A stretch of 63,972 nucleotides of DNA from Candidatus Saccharimonadia bacterium. Lineage in GTDB: Bacteria; Patescibacteriota; Saccharimonadia; UBA4664. The DNA lies in NCBI GenBank assembly GCA_041743505.1, contig JBGTMQ010000012.1:1-63972 (forward strand). Direction: 5' to 3'. A program made the translations under genes and the position numbers. The notes beneath the pieces are model-generated. The model was given only the letters and a program-made list of their open reading frames with translations. It was not told the DNA's origin and searched no databases. Positions 54,893-62,536 of the stretch are shown here, one piece after another (position 1 is the stretch's first letter; each line of letters starts with the position of its first letter).

Positions 54893-54904
54893 TTCATTTC
54901 CTCC

Positions 54905-55252
54905 TTACAATAATCCATCTAGGATCTGCTTTGCGTAGTCCCAGTTTTGTTTGTTAACTTCGTATAGCTCACGACCACTTTCAGTGATCTGATAATATTT
55001 CCTTCGACCGCCCCGGGTTTCACTACCCCAATACGAAGTTATGTGCCTATCGTTCTCTAGGCGTTTGAGACTCGAGTACATTGTCGCCTCTTTTAACTCG
55101 TAAAGCTGCTGAGAATGCTCATGTACGAGTCTTGTAATTTCGTAGCCATACTTATCGCCACCCGTCAAAAGCTTGAGGATGATAGTGTCGGTGTGTCCGC
55201 GAAGTAAATCTGATGATAGTTTTTTATCAATCATGTTTACAGTGTATGTCAT
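54905..55252 (-). CDS. PadR-family transcriptional regulator
   Basis: 115 aa. LLRGHTDTIILKLLTGGDKYGYEI...SLKRLE. Confidence 0.85.
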   Translation of the reverse strand: MTYTVNMIDKKLSSDLLRGHTDTIILKLLTGGDKYGYEITRLVHEHSQQLYELKEATMYSSLKRLENDRHITSYWGSETRGGRRKYYQITESGRELYEVNKQNWDYAKQILDGLL

Positions 55253-55328
55253 ATTACTATGACTGTCAATGTAATTTATTTAGACAGCTGCGCATGTGAG
55301 ACTCTAGCTATTAATTCAGGGGGTATAC

Positions 55329-55360
55329 AAAAAATAAAAAAGCGCACCTTTCAGTGCGCT
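55329..55360 (-). terminator. orphan rho-independent terminator (minus strand)
   Basis: Stem AGCGCAC / GTGCGCT with a 6-nt loop. The A-rich run 55329-55340 on the plus strand gives a U-tract on the minus strand. No minus-strand CDS lies immediately upstream of it. Confidence 0.5.
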
Positions 55361-55515
55361 ATATCTGTTATTTCAATTTGGCGCGGGTAAGGCTACGATA
55401 GTAAACCTTACTTCTTAGACTCTTGCGGGATACTCCTTTGAAATGCTTTATACTGTACACTGAACAGAGCATGAATTACTCGTTGCCATCAAAGTGAAAC
55501 AAGCAAGGAGGCGTT

Positions 55516-56070
55516 GTGGCAAAAGTAATTTTCGGCATGACAATGTCGTTAGACGGTTTCATTAATGACGCAAATGGCAGCGGAGCCTTGTTATCCTCTG
55601 ATTTTGAGGAACTAATGCAATCAGACATGATGCAGGATTCAATTCGTACTACGGGCGCAGTGGTGATGGGACGAAGAACCTTTGAAATGGCCGAAGATCC
55701 TGACTCCTATGCAGATGTCTATGAGTATCAAGTGCCGATTTTTGTTATCACTCATAATGCGCCAGCTAAAAAACCAAAGGGAAATGACCGCCTACACTTT
55801 ACGTTTCTAGATAATGTTGAAGCTGCAATTGAGCAAGCCAAACAAACTGCAGGAGACAAGGACGTCACAGTTGTTGGAGGACCGAATATCGGACAGCAGC
55901 TATTAATGAAGGGGTTGGTCGACGAATTGCAGATTGACATTATGCCCGTACTGCTTGGGGCCGGTCAACGACTTTTTGATAACCTTGAGGGTCTAGAGCT
56001 AAAGCTTAACAAAACCCACCTTATTGAAACGGAACAGCGTACGAGCATGTGGTTCACTGTTCAGAAGTAA
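55516..56070 (+). CDS. dihydrofolate-reductase-like (RibD C-terminal domain) family protein
   Basis: 184 aa. GTG start with AAGGAGG RBS. GMTMSLDGFI, VVMGRRTFE, VVGGPNIGQQLL. Confidence 0.8.
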   Translation: MAKVIFGMTMSLDGFINDANGSGALLSSDFEELMQSDMMQDSIRTTGAVVMGRRTFEMAEDPDSYADVYEYQVPIFVITHNAPAKKPKGNDRLHFTFLDNVEAAIEQAKQTAGDKDVTVVGGPNIGQQLLMKGLVDELQIDIMPVLLGAGQRLFDNLEGLELKLNKTHLIETEQRTSMWFTVQK

Positions 56071-56129
56071 TCATTTCACTCGGTGATGATATTCAGCTTA
56101 TCCGGGGAATTATTAACAGGTTAGCCGCC

Positions 56130-56723
56130 TTAAGCTCCAACAGTACCTGTCTTGACTTTTCCAGCTCGCTTGTAGTTGACAATAATCACTCCACTTGGCG
56201 TAACAGAACTCTCTAGTAATGTAAATGCTGCCGGAATCGTGCCATTGTCAAACAACTTTTGTCCTTGACCAAGGGTTAATGGGTGAATTTTGAGCCAAAG
56301 CTCGTCCACTAAATCATTCTTAAGTAGTAGCTGAACAAGCTCACCACTGCCGTGAACTTGAATGTCAGAACCTTTAGAATTTTTGAGCTTTTCGATATTT
56401 GCCATGCTTTTAAGGAAAACTGAGTTTTTCCAATCTGCCTTTTTCATGGTGTTGGATATGACGTATTTTGTGACATCATTGATACCTGGCCATCCATTTT
56501 CATGCTTTGGCCAATAATCAGCAAAAATCTCAAATGTTTTTCTGCCCAAAAGAAGGTCTGCAGGTTTCATCTGTTTTTCCATGACCTTACCATAAACTTC
56601 GTCAAAATAAGGTGCAACCCAACCGCCATATTTGAAACCGCCTGATGTATCTTCCTCAGGTCCACCAGGCGCTTGCATTACTCCATCTAATGTAATCATT
56701 GATAAGACGATTATTTTTCTCAT
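56130..56723 (-). CDS. dihydrofolate-reductase-like (RibD C-terminal domain) family protein
   Basis: Start moved to ATG 56723 (MRKIIVLSMITLDGV), which has an AGGAGG RBS. LLGRKTFE, VHGSGELVQ. Confidence 0.8.
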   Translation of the reverse strand: MRKIIVLSMITLDGVMQAPGGPEEDTSGGFKYGGWVAPYFDEVYGKVMEKQMKPADLLLGRKTFEIFADYWPKHENGWPGINDVTKYVISNTMKKADWKNSVFLKSMANIEKLKNSKGSDIQVHGSGELVQLLLKNDLVDELWLKIHPLTLGQGQKLFDNGTIPAAFTLLESSVTPSGVIIVNYKRAGKVKTGTVGA

Positions 56724-56845
56724 GTAATTACAGCCTCCTAAGTTTAGTGTCGAAAAACATTTTATCATTAATTGTGTTTTTGTCTGTGAAGAACTTAGCC
56801 CAACAATTTAACCTCTCACAACATTTAGGATAGGCTAGCAATGTA

Positions 56846-57265
56846 CTAATCGACAGTTGTCGGTTTGGTAGACGACTTAGTTGAGAGGGCGAATGATTGC
56901 TCGAGCATTTTGCGCAATATATCGAGTTTAATATCAGCAAGCTTATTTATATACAGACATGACACGCTCTGCTTGTGTTTGCCAAGTACTGTCAGCTCAT
57001 GAGTGTATCTATCAAACCCTTCGAAATAAACAGTAATACTAGCTTTTCGCGGACTGAAAGCGAGCCGCGGCATATCGCCCTCATGTCCTGTTTCATACCT
57101 ATAATGCTGCGAGCCAAACCCAATGATACTGGGCCCCCACATGTACGGTTTTTCTCCGGAGATTTCTCGCATCATAACAATCAATGTGCGAGCTTCTTCG
57201 CGTCTTTTTTCGCTCGCGTTCTCAAGAAACGACTCTATACTGACTCCTGTCCGCCGTGTTTTCAT
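56846..57265 (-). CDS. DUF1801 (YdhG-like) domain protein
   Basis: 139 aa. KPYMWGPSIIGFG.YRYETGHEGDMPRLAFSPRKASITVY. Confidence 0.7.
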   Translation of the reverse strand: MKTRRTGVSIESFLENASEKRREEARTLIVMMREISGEKPYMWGPSIIGFGSQHYRYETGHEGDMPRLAFSPRKASITVYFEGFDRYTHELTVLGKHKQSVSCLYINKLADIKLDILRKMLEQSFALSTKSSTKPTTVD

Positions 57266-57468
57266 ACTGATAATTATATCAAAAGAAAATGGACCACAAA
57301 AAAGGTTTATTTAGGGTGCTTAAGTTTGGTGCTCCGTGTGAGCGAGAGTTTCCACGAGATCAGGGATGAAATAGCCCGATGGAGGGACATTTTGACTGCA
57401 CAATACCAAGCATACTTGATCCTACATAAGACCTGAGACTTACATTAGACTAGGGGCAACTCTTGACA

Positions 57469-57849
57469 TTATCCTTCTACAGCTACCGCAAAGCCACCGT
57501 ACGCCATTTTCTTCATATCGTTCGGCATTTCAAAGTCAGTCTGATCGCTATATGATTCATCCATCTCAGCAATAACTTTCTTGTTTACTTCATCGCGATG
57601 TTCTTTTGATTCAAAAACAATAAAAGAGAACCAGACATTCTCGTCATCACCCGCACCAGCCATTTCTTTATAAGCACGTGATTTTAAGTCACCCATTTCT
57701 TGTTGCTTGAGGTCATCCCCTCTGCACTCGAAGTATTGAAGCGCACCATGCTTCATCCAAGAATCACGACCCATTTCTGCCATTTTTTGGTACTCAGCTT
57801 CTTTGCCTTTTGGTACCACAAGTACAAAACCATCAATATATTTTGCCAT
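57469..57849 (-). CDS. DUF1428 family protein
   Basis: Start taken at MAKYIDGFVLVVPK. GALQYFEC and the FGGF-like C-terminus are typical of DUF1428. Confidence 0.7.
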   Translation of the reverse strand: MAKYIDGFVLVVPKGKEAEYQKMAEMGRDSWMKHGALQYFECRGDDLKQQEMGDLKSRAYKEMAGAGDDENVWFSFIVFESKEHRDEVNKKVIAEMDESYSDQTDFEMPNDMKKMAYGGFAVAVEG

Positions 57850-58289
57850 TTTATACACTCCCTTTCATTTAAGTTAGTTCCCATCTGATTTTAACATTCG
57901 ATAATGACCTAGGTAATACTTACGATTTACAATACTCGCACTTCTGGTTTTTATCATCCCGCGTGTACCCACTCTCTCCGTTAAGAGTAATGTGATCCAG
58001 GCCTTTAATCACTATGGTCTGGGACTGAGCATGTTCTAATAAGGATGTTTTAGTAAATTGATCCTTGTTAGTCTCCAAGGGCAGCATCACCGGGCAAACT
58101 ATGGCTGGCAGTAGAGGTGCGAGGATACTTGAATAGAAAGGAAACTCTTCCGTTGGAGTTAGTCCTGCAGTCCGGTGCAAGAGTGCAGATCAACAGCTTC
58201 GATGATCTACTGGCCGAGCTTGGCAAGTTTGGCGTATAGCATACGATAAGACCATTGCATAATTTATTGTAAAATGTTATAAGTAACTC

Positions 58290-58583
58290 ATGAAAAACTT
58301 TAGTATCGGCTACAGCATCTCTGGCCTATATTTTGAGATTGACGAAACTACGCTATCAGCACAAAGCATCACAACTGGTGATACCTTCTACGTTGGATAC
58401 ACAGGTAACAAAGGTAAGTTTGCGATCTACATTACGCTCAACGACATTATCGAAGGCGAGAATGGACAGGCCGACACAGCCGTAGTGAATGTCCTGATTA
58501 ACGACTATGCTACATCAGACAAGTTCAAAGAGTACACACTCAAGCTCAAGACCGAGTGGCACAACTTCGACGAACTCAACTAG
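58290..58583 (+). CDS. hypothetical protein
   Basis: 97-aa ORF, AT-rich. No recognisable motif. Confidence 0.45.
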   Translation: MKNFSIGYSISGLYFEIDETTLSAQSITTGDTFYVGYTGNKGKFAIYITLNDIIEGENGQADTAVVNVLINDYATSDKFKEYTLKLKTEWHNFDELN

Positions 58584-58772
58584 ACATTCATTTTCTGGTG
58601 CATCAATGACGTACTAGAATGATTGCATGAAGACGAAACCCAAGCGACAGCGGAATCTAATCGGCCAGAGGGCGCATCACATTGTTGCCCGAGCCGTTAG
58701 GACTGGGCAACGAGTTTGAGCCACTCAGCCCAAAAACCAATGAAAAAGCCCTAGACTGAGCTGAGGCATTTT

Positions 58773-58805
58773 CATTGGTGCGGGTATGTCTTGCGCTTCA
58801 GAACT
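58773..58805. repeat. copy C of the tRNA-Gly 3'-end core with flank X
   Basis: CATTGGTGCGGGTA matches 61309-61322 (the last 11 nt of tRNA-Gly plus 3 nt). The following TATGTCTT...CTTCAGAACT matches the flank at 60427-60447. Confidence 0.6.
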
Positions 58806-58820
58806 ATTCGGCATCGTACA

Positions 58821-60260
58821 TTAGGTTTGTCTATGCAGCCATTCGAACTGCTTGAAACATTCGTTAGCAACCTCGTTGCTCCACCCGCCACCACTCTTTT
58901 GAGTTGCATCCCACACCAGCATTTCGATAAGATTGTTGCTTTCGGCCTCTCGTTTAGCGTAGTCAGGATCACCGGCCTTGGGCATTGTCAGCTCACGCAA
59001 TTTTTCGATGAAATCCTCTTTGCTCGTAATCACTGGTGGTTTGTAAATTGAGATTTTTGAGTTGTCCATGCTAGGTGGAACATAGCCATAGCCAATGGCT
59101 GCCTGTAACAACTTTTGTATAAAGCTACCGGTAGGCCCATCTGCAAGTGGTTGGGCGGGGTGAATGCTGCCTATAAAAAGGTACTGTCCCGAGGCTGAGA
59201 CGTCATCGCCCTGGTAGTGTGATGAATAGTTCGTAACAAACAAAGCAGTGTGCTTATCGGGGTTCTCCGGTGTAGGCTCTGGCCGACTCTCAAACGAGCG
59301 CCTCACGTCCGCATACCACTGCGCTTTGTCTATGGTTGCGTCAGTTTCAGTTGGCGAATTGACGTCGATAAAGACTATCAGCGGTAGCTCGTCCGTCTTC
59401 TTTTCGAGCGCCCTTTTGTATAGCAGGTTTATGTCGCCCCTAACGGCTTTTCTGAAGTTGGCCGTGCCGGGTCGGTGCAGCACGCCGTCACGTTGGCGAC
59501 TCTTTGCTTCAACCGCGACTCGATTACCCGTTTCGGGGTGAACCGCGATAAACTCTGCGCGCTTAGGGCGCTTACCGTTCTCGTCTTTTTCGCCTGGATC
59601 ATAAAACTCTAGCTCGCAACCCATCCTGACAAAAAGCGATGCGACACCAATTTCGTAGCGGACTCCCTGGAACTCTTCGTGATCGCGAAGCCGCTCCAGC
59701 CACTTGTCCGACTTATAGCCTTTGTGAGTTAACAGGTATGCGTCGAATGCGAGGCTTAGCAGGGCTTGCGTGTCGCCTGTAGTCAGCATCGTTCTTGTGT
59801 GTTCGTCGACCACTTTTACATCGAGATCTTCTCTTGTATCAGAACCTTTTAGCCCCTCAAAGCACCGCTTGATATAGTGCCTTTCGTCAGCTGGTTTGGC
59901 AGTTTCGGCATCCCACCACTCCTGGCCGAGGGTCAGCTGGAGATTCCGCAGGATAAGCTGGTGGAATGTAGCATGCGGGTTGTCGTCGTACATGACTTTG
60001 TTGCCCGCTGCGAGGAATGTCTTACCCTTAAAAGTTATTGTATTGGGCATGTTGATGTAGATGCCCTTGCTATTCAGAAAATCAGTTCGCGCCCTGGAGT
60101 CTTCATGGACGTCAAGAACTTCTTGCGGAACTTCAGTCGGTAGCTTCGGTGGTTTCAGCCCCTTTGGTAGGCAGCATTTTTTATATTTATTTCCACTTCC
60201 ACAAAAGCAAAGATCGTTCCGTCCGATTTTGCTCTGTTTGTCTTTTTGTGCTTTAGCCAT
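58821..60260 (-). CDS. SEC-C motif protein with a PD-(D/E)xK nuclease-like core
   Basis: 479 aa. N-terminal RNDLCFCGSGNKYKKCC (SEC-C metal-binding motif). Central YEIGVASLF...AEFIAVHPETGNRVAVEAKS resembles an E...D/E-x-K restriction-endonuclease-fold core (by eye). Confidence 0.6.
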   Translation of the reverse strand: MAKAQKDKQSKIGRNDLCFCGSGNKYKKCCLPKGLKPPKLPTEVPQEVLDVHEDSRARTDFLNSKGIYINMPNTITFKGKTFLAAGNKVMYDDNPHATFHQLILRNLQLTLGQEWWDAETAKPADERHYIKRCFEGLKGSDTREDLDVKVVDEHTRTMLTTGDTQALLSLAFDAYLLTHKGYKSDKWLERLRDHEEFQGVRYEIGVASLFVRMGCELEFYDPGEKDENGKRPKRAEFIAVHPETGNRVAVEAKSRQRDGVLHRPGTANFRKAVRGDINLLYKRALEKKTDELPLIVFIDVNSPTETDATIDKAQWYADVRRSFESRPEPTPENPDKHTALFVTNYSSHYQGDDVSASGQYLFIGSIHPAQPLADGPTGSFIQKLLQAAIGYGYVPPSMDNSKISIYKPPVITSKEDFIEKLRELTMPKAGDPDYAKREAESNNLIEMLVWDATQKSGGGWSNEVANECFKQFEWLHRQT

Positions 60261-60339
60261 GGTCTAATTGTATAGGCCGGTATGATTAACGTATATTTTT
60301 CTGCTGATAGAGCCATGTTCGCACGCGACTACCTTAAAC

Positions 60340-60447
60340 AAAAAACAAGCCCCTTTCGGTCTTGTTTCCATAATGGAACCTGTTTTTTTGAGAATCAGGG
60401 TTCTGATGATAATACATTGGTGCGCATATGTCTTCAACTTCAGAACT
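60340..60447. repeat. copy A of the tRNA-Gly 3'-end core, hybrid flanks
   Basis: 60400-60424 (GTTCTGATGATAATACATTGGTGCG) is identical to 61294-61318. Looser similarity extends about 60 nt to the left, including a hairpin. The right flank (60427-60447) matches copy C rather than the tRNA. Confidence 0.65.
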
Positions 60448-60536
60448 GGTTCTGTCCTGATTGACGCCTTGGCTTATGTTTGCTATAAACAAGCCATCTT
60501 AGGAGCAACCGGCTCCTAGCTCTTTGAGGGGGACGC

Positions 60537-60944
60537 ATGGTTTGTGTGCGGTGGATATCGGGAGTCATGCTGGCAATGCTACTTCTCGTAGCAGGTGGCG
60601 GAGTCGGCGCGGCAAATGCAACAAGCAACGCAAGTCCAACCACTGTTGTAGCAGCCAGCCAAGCGGTACAGCCAACCGTCACGACGGCGGTTAGGGTGGC
60701 TTACGATACCGTGCCGATGCACGCCTGCCAGGAGCAAGGTCACGCAGGTGCTAGTGTCTGGAATCCCTACGCAAATGGCTGGTGGTGCTACGGTGTTGAT
60801 TTCGCACCTCCATTTGTTACCAACGCTGGCATGGTGGACTTCCCGGCATATTGCAGTCGCCATTACCCCGACTCTCAGGCCACCAACCGCAACAACAGCG
60901 TATTTGGCTGGAAGTGCGAGCGGATCGAGCAGCGAGACATTTAG
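60537..60944 (+). CDS. small secreted Cys-containing protein
   Basis: 135 aa. Signal peptide MLAMLLLVAGGGVGAANA and 4 Cys. GAGGGGG RBS upstream and a hairpin downstream. Confidence 0.55.
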   Translation: MVCVRWISGVMLAMLLLVAGGGVGAANATSNASPTTVVAASQAVQPTVTTAVRVAYDTVPMHACQEQGHAGASVWNPYANGWWCYGVDFAPPFVTNAGMVDFPAYCSRHYPDSQATNRNNSVFGWKCERIEQRDI

Positions 60945-60957
60945 TACAGTTCTACGA

Positions 60958-60990
60958 AATATCCCCTAGACCTTTGGTCCGGGGGATATT
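60958..60990. terminator. hairpin between convergent small genes
   Basis: Stem AATATCCCC / GGGGATATT with an inner GACC/GGTC stem. Weak U-tract. Confidence 0.4.
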
Positions 60991-61011
60991 CATGCAAGCG
61001 GCGGGGTGTTA

Positions 61012-61149
61012 TTACTTGCGTTTATCTGGGAGTGAGTCGATCTTCTTCGACGTGGAGAGCAGCAGGCGGATAATCCATACAATGAACGCTATTGTTGCAA
61101 TGATAAGCACGTACGGCACAAGAGCAGAAATGATGCTGAGAATATCCAT
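61012..61149 (-). CDS. candidate 45-aa hydrophobic small protein
   Basis: Below the ORF-track cutoff. MDILSIISALVPYVLIIATIAFIVWIIRLLLSTSKKIDSLPDKRK: one TM helix plus a basic tail. RBS weak. Confidence 0.3.
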   Translation of the reverse strand: MDILSIISALVPYVLIIATIAFIVWIIRLLLSTSKKIDSLPDKRK

Positions 61150-61239
61150 ATATACCGGCCAGTCCCTTTAGTGATTAGCCCTATGTATAGCACGGGCGAG
61201 AGGTTGTATCAAGCATCTAGTGACCCAATGACCACAAAA

Positions 61240-61318
61240 ACAGACCTCGAAAGGCCTGTTTTTGAAGAGAATGGAGCTTTTTTGAAGACCAGAGTTCTGA
61301 TGATAATACATTGGTGCG
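61240..61318. repeat. copy B: downstream flank plus 3' end of the intact tRNA-Gly
   Basis: See copies A and C. Includes a small hairpin (61243-61270) paralleled in copy A. Confidence 0.6.
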
Positions 61319-61387
61319 GGTACAGGGACTCAAACCCTGGGCCTCTTCCTTGGCAAGGAAGCGCTCTATCAACTGAGCTACACCCGC
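61312..61387 (-). tRNA. tRNA-Gly (anticodon GCC), CCA encoded
   Basis: Minus strand GCGGGTGTAGCTCAGTTGATAGAGCGCTTCCTTGCCAAGGAAGAGGCCCAGGGTTTGAGTCCCTGTACCCGCACCA. Confidence 0.9.
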
Positions 61388-61396
61388 AAATCTAAA

Positions 61397-61472
61397 TGGT
61401 GGCGAGACTCGGACTCGAACCGAGGACACGAGGCTCTTCAGGCCACTGCTCTACCAACTGAGCTATCTCGCC
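61397..61472 (-). tRNA. tRNA-Phe (anticodon GAA), CCA encoded
   Basis: Minus strand GGCGAGATAGCTCAGTTGGTAGAGCAGTGGCCTGAAGAGCCTCGTGTCCTCGGTTCGAGTCCGAGTCTCGCCACCA. Confidence 0.9.
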
Positions 61473-61512
61473 ACGGCCGGGACGGTTGTCATTGCCATAA
61501 AAGGTACCCGCA

Positions 61513-61541
61513 TATAGTACACGAGCAAGCGGTTGTTTTCA
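61513..61541 (-). promoter_or_regulatory. promoter of the tRNA-Phe/tRNA-Gly pair
   Basis: Minus strand TTGAAA (61541-61536), 17-nt spacer, TACTAT (61518-61513), about 40 nt upstream of tRNA-Phe. Confidence 0.45.
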
Positions 61542-61739
61542 ACCTATCGCTAAGCCATATACCATAGAGCAACTCTAGTGCTGACGCTTGGGGCAATTTA
61601 ACAGTGTTTTCTCGGCATCGAACCGCTTGTCTTATAAAAACGTCTAGTGATATATGACACCTTTAAGCTAATAATAAGCAAGTCAAATTGGCCAATTTGC
61701 GAACGGTCTGAGTATAACAAGTAGATAAGGGATCAATAT

Positions 61740-61952
61740 ATGAGACTGAAAAAATTAGTAACTGGTGTTGCAATAGCCGGAGCACTGGTGATGCCCGCGT
61801 CCGCTCTAGCCTATGGGGGTGGTGGCGGACACCACCAATCCCGGAGTGGTGGCAGCCTGATCAATGTAAGTAATCTTGTGAATGTGGGTAACGTTCAGAC
61901 CTGCGGGATTTTGACGATCCTCAGTAAAACCACCTGCGTCCAATACAATTAG
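61740..61952 (+). CDS. small secreted Gly/His-rich, two-Cys peptide
   Basis: 70 aa. AAGGGA RBS. Sec signal VAIAGALVMPASALA followed by YGGGGGHHQSRSGG. C-terminal LINVSNLVNVGNVQTCGILTILSKTTCVQYN. A terminator follows. Confidence 0.55.
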   Translation: MRLKKLVTGVAIAGALVMPASALAYGGGGGHHQSRSGGSLINVSNLVNVGNVQTCGILTILSKTTCVQYN

Positions 61953-61980
61953 TTAAGATTTAGCGTAATTTAGATTAGTC

Positions 61981-62014
61981 AAAAAGCCGGCCCAGATAAT
62001 CCCGCCGGCTTTTT
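61981..62014. terminator. bidirectional terminator
   Basis: AAAAA-AGCCGGC...GCCGGCT-TTTT. Confidence 0.65.
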
Positions 62015-62035
62015 GCTTGTTTTATGGGTAAGCTT

Positions 62036-62527
62036 TTACTTCACCACTTCCATCGCCTTGAATAGTTGGCGCCATTGATCGCTTGATAGGTTGGAATCTG
62101 GCTTGGCGAATAGGAGTGTACCTTTGGTGTTCAGCACTGCCGCCTGCTTACCATTAAGCTCCTTTGGGCGTGTCAGATGGACCGTTCCGACCTCGGTATC
62201 GAATTTCTCGTACTCATTCATACCAGCTACGACCTTGTCGTATACTTGGGGGATATCGATGAAGGACTCGGGGGTAGGCTGTTCGCTGATAACCAGTTTG
62301 GCGCCGTTTATGGTGACATTGAAGGACAGGAGCTTCTCTTTGGAGGCGTATTTAACGGAGTCGCTATCGGTCACGATATCTTTCGAGCCTGGCACAAGAA
62401 TAGTGGAGGTAACCTGTGTCTTGATGGGACCAGGGATGGGTGGCTTGGGAGCTACTAGCAAGCCGGTTATGACTATCGTACCAATGCCGATGACTACGGC
62501 AATGTTTATCCAGAACCATTTATTCAT
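62036..62527 (-). CDS. hypothetical membrane-anchored protein
   Basis: 163 aa with N-terminal TM WFWINIAVVIGIGTIVITGLLVA. Starts 10 nt downstream of the preceding fibre-like gene. Confidence 0.6.
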   Translation of the reverse strand: MNKWFWINIAVVIGIGTIVITGLLVAPKPPIPGPIKTQVTSTILVPGSKDIVTDSDSVKYASKEKLLSFNVTINGAKLVISEQPTPESFIDIPQVYDKVVAGMNEYEKFDTEVGTVHLTRPKELNGKQAAVLNTKGTLLFAKPDSNLSSDQWRQLFKAMEVVK

Positions 62528-62536
62528 ATTTTAAAG

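Noticed and set aside
58072-58240. Short plus-strand frame ending ...RVQINSFDDLLAELGKFGV-stop, and the 86-aa minus ORF 57920..58180
   Set aside because: Neither has a convincing start or RBS. They may be remnants of a decayed gene in the low-GC block, but I cannot assign a family.
61171-61395. 74-aa plus-strand ORF, and the 70-aa minus-strand ORF 61217..61429
   Set aside because: Both run straight through the tRNA-Gly/tRNA-Phe genes and their flank repeat.
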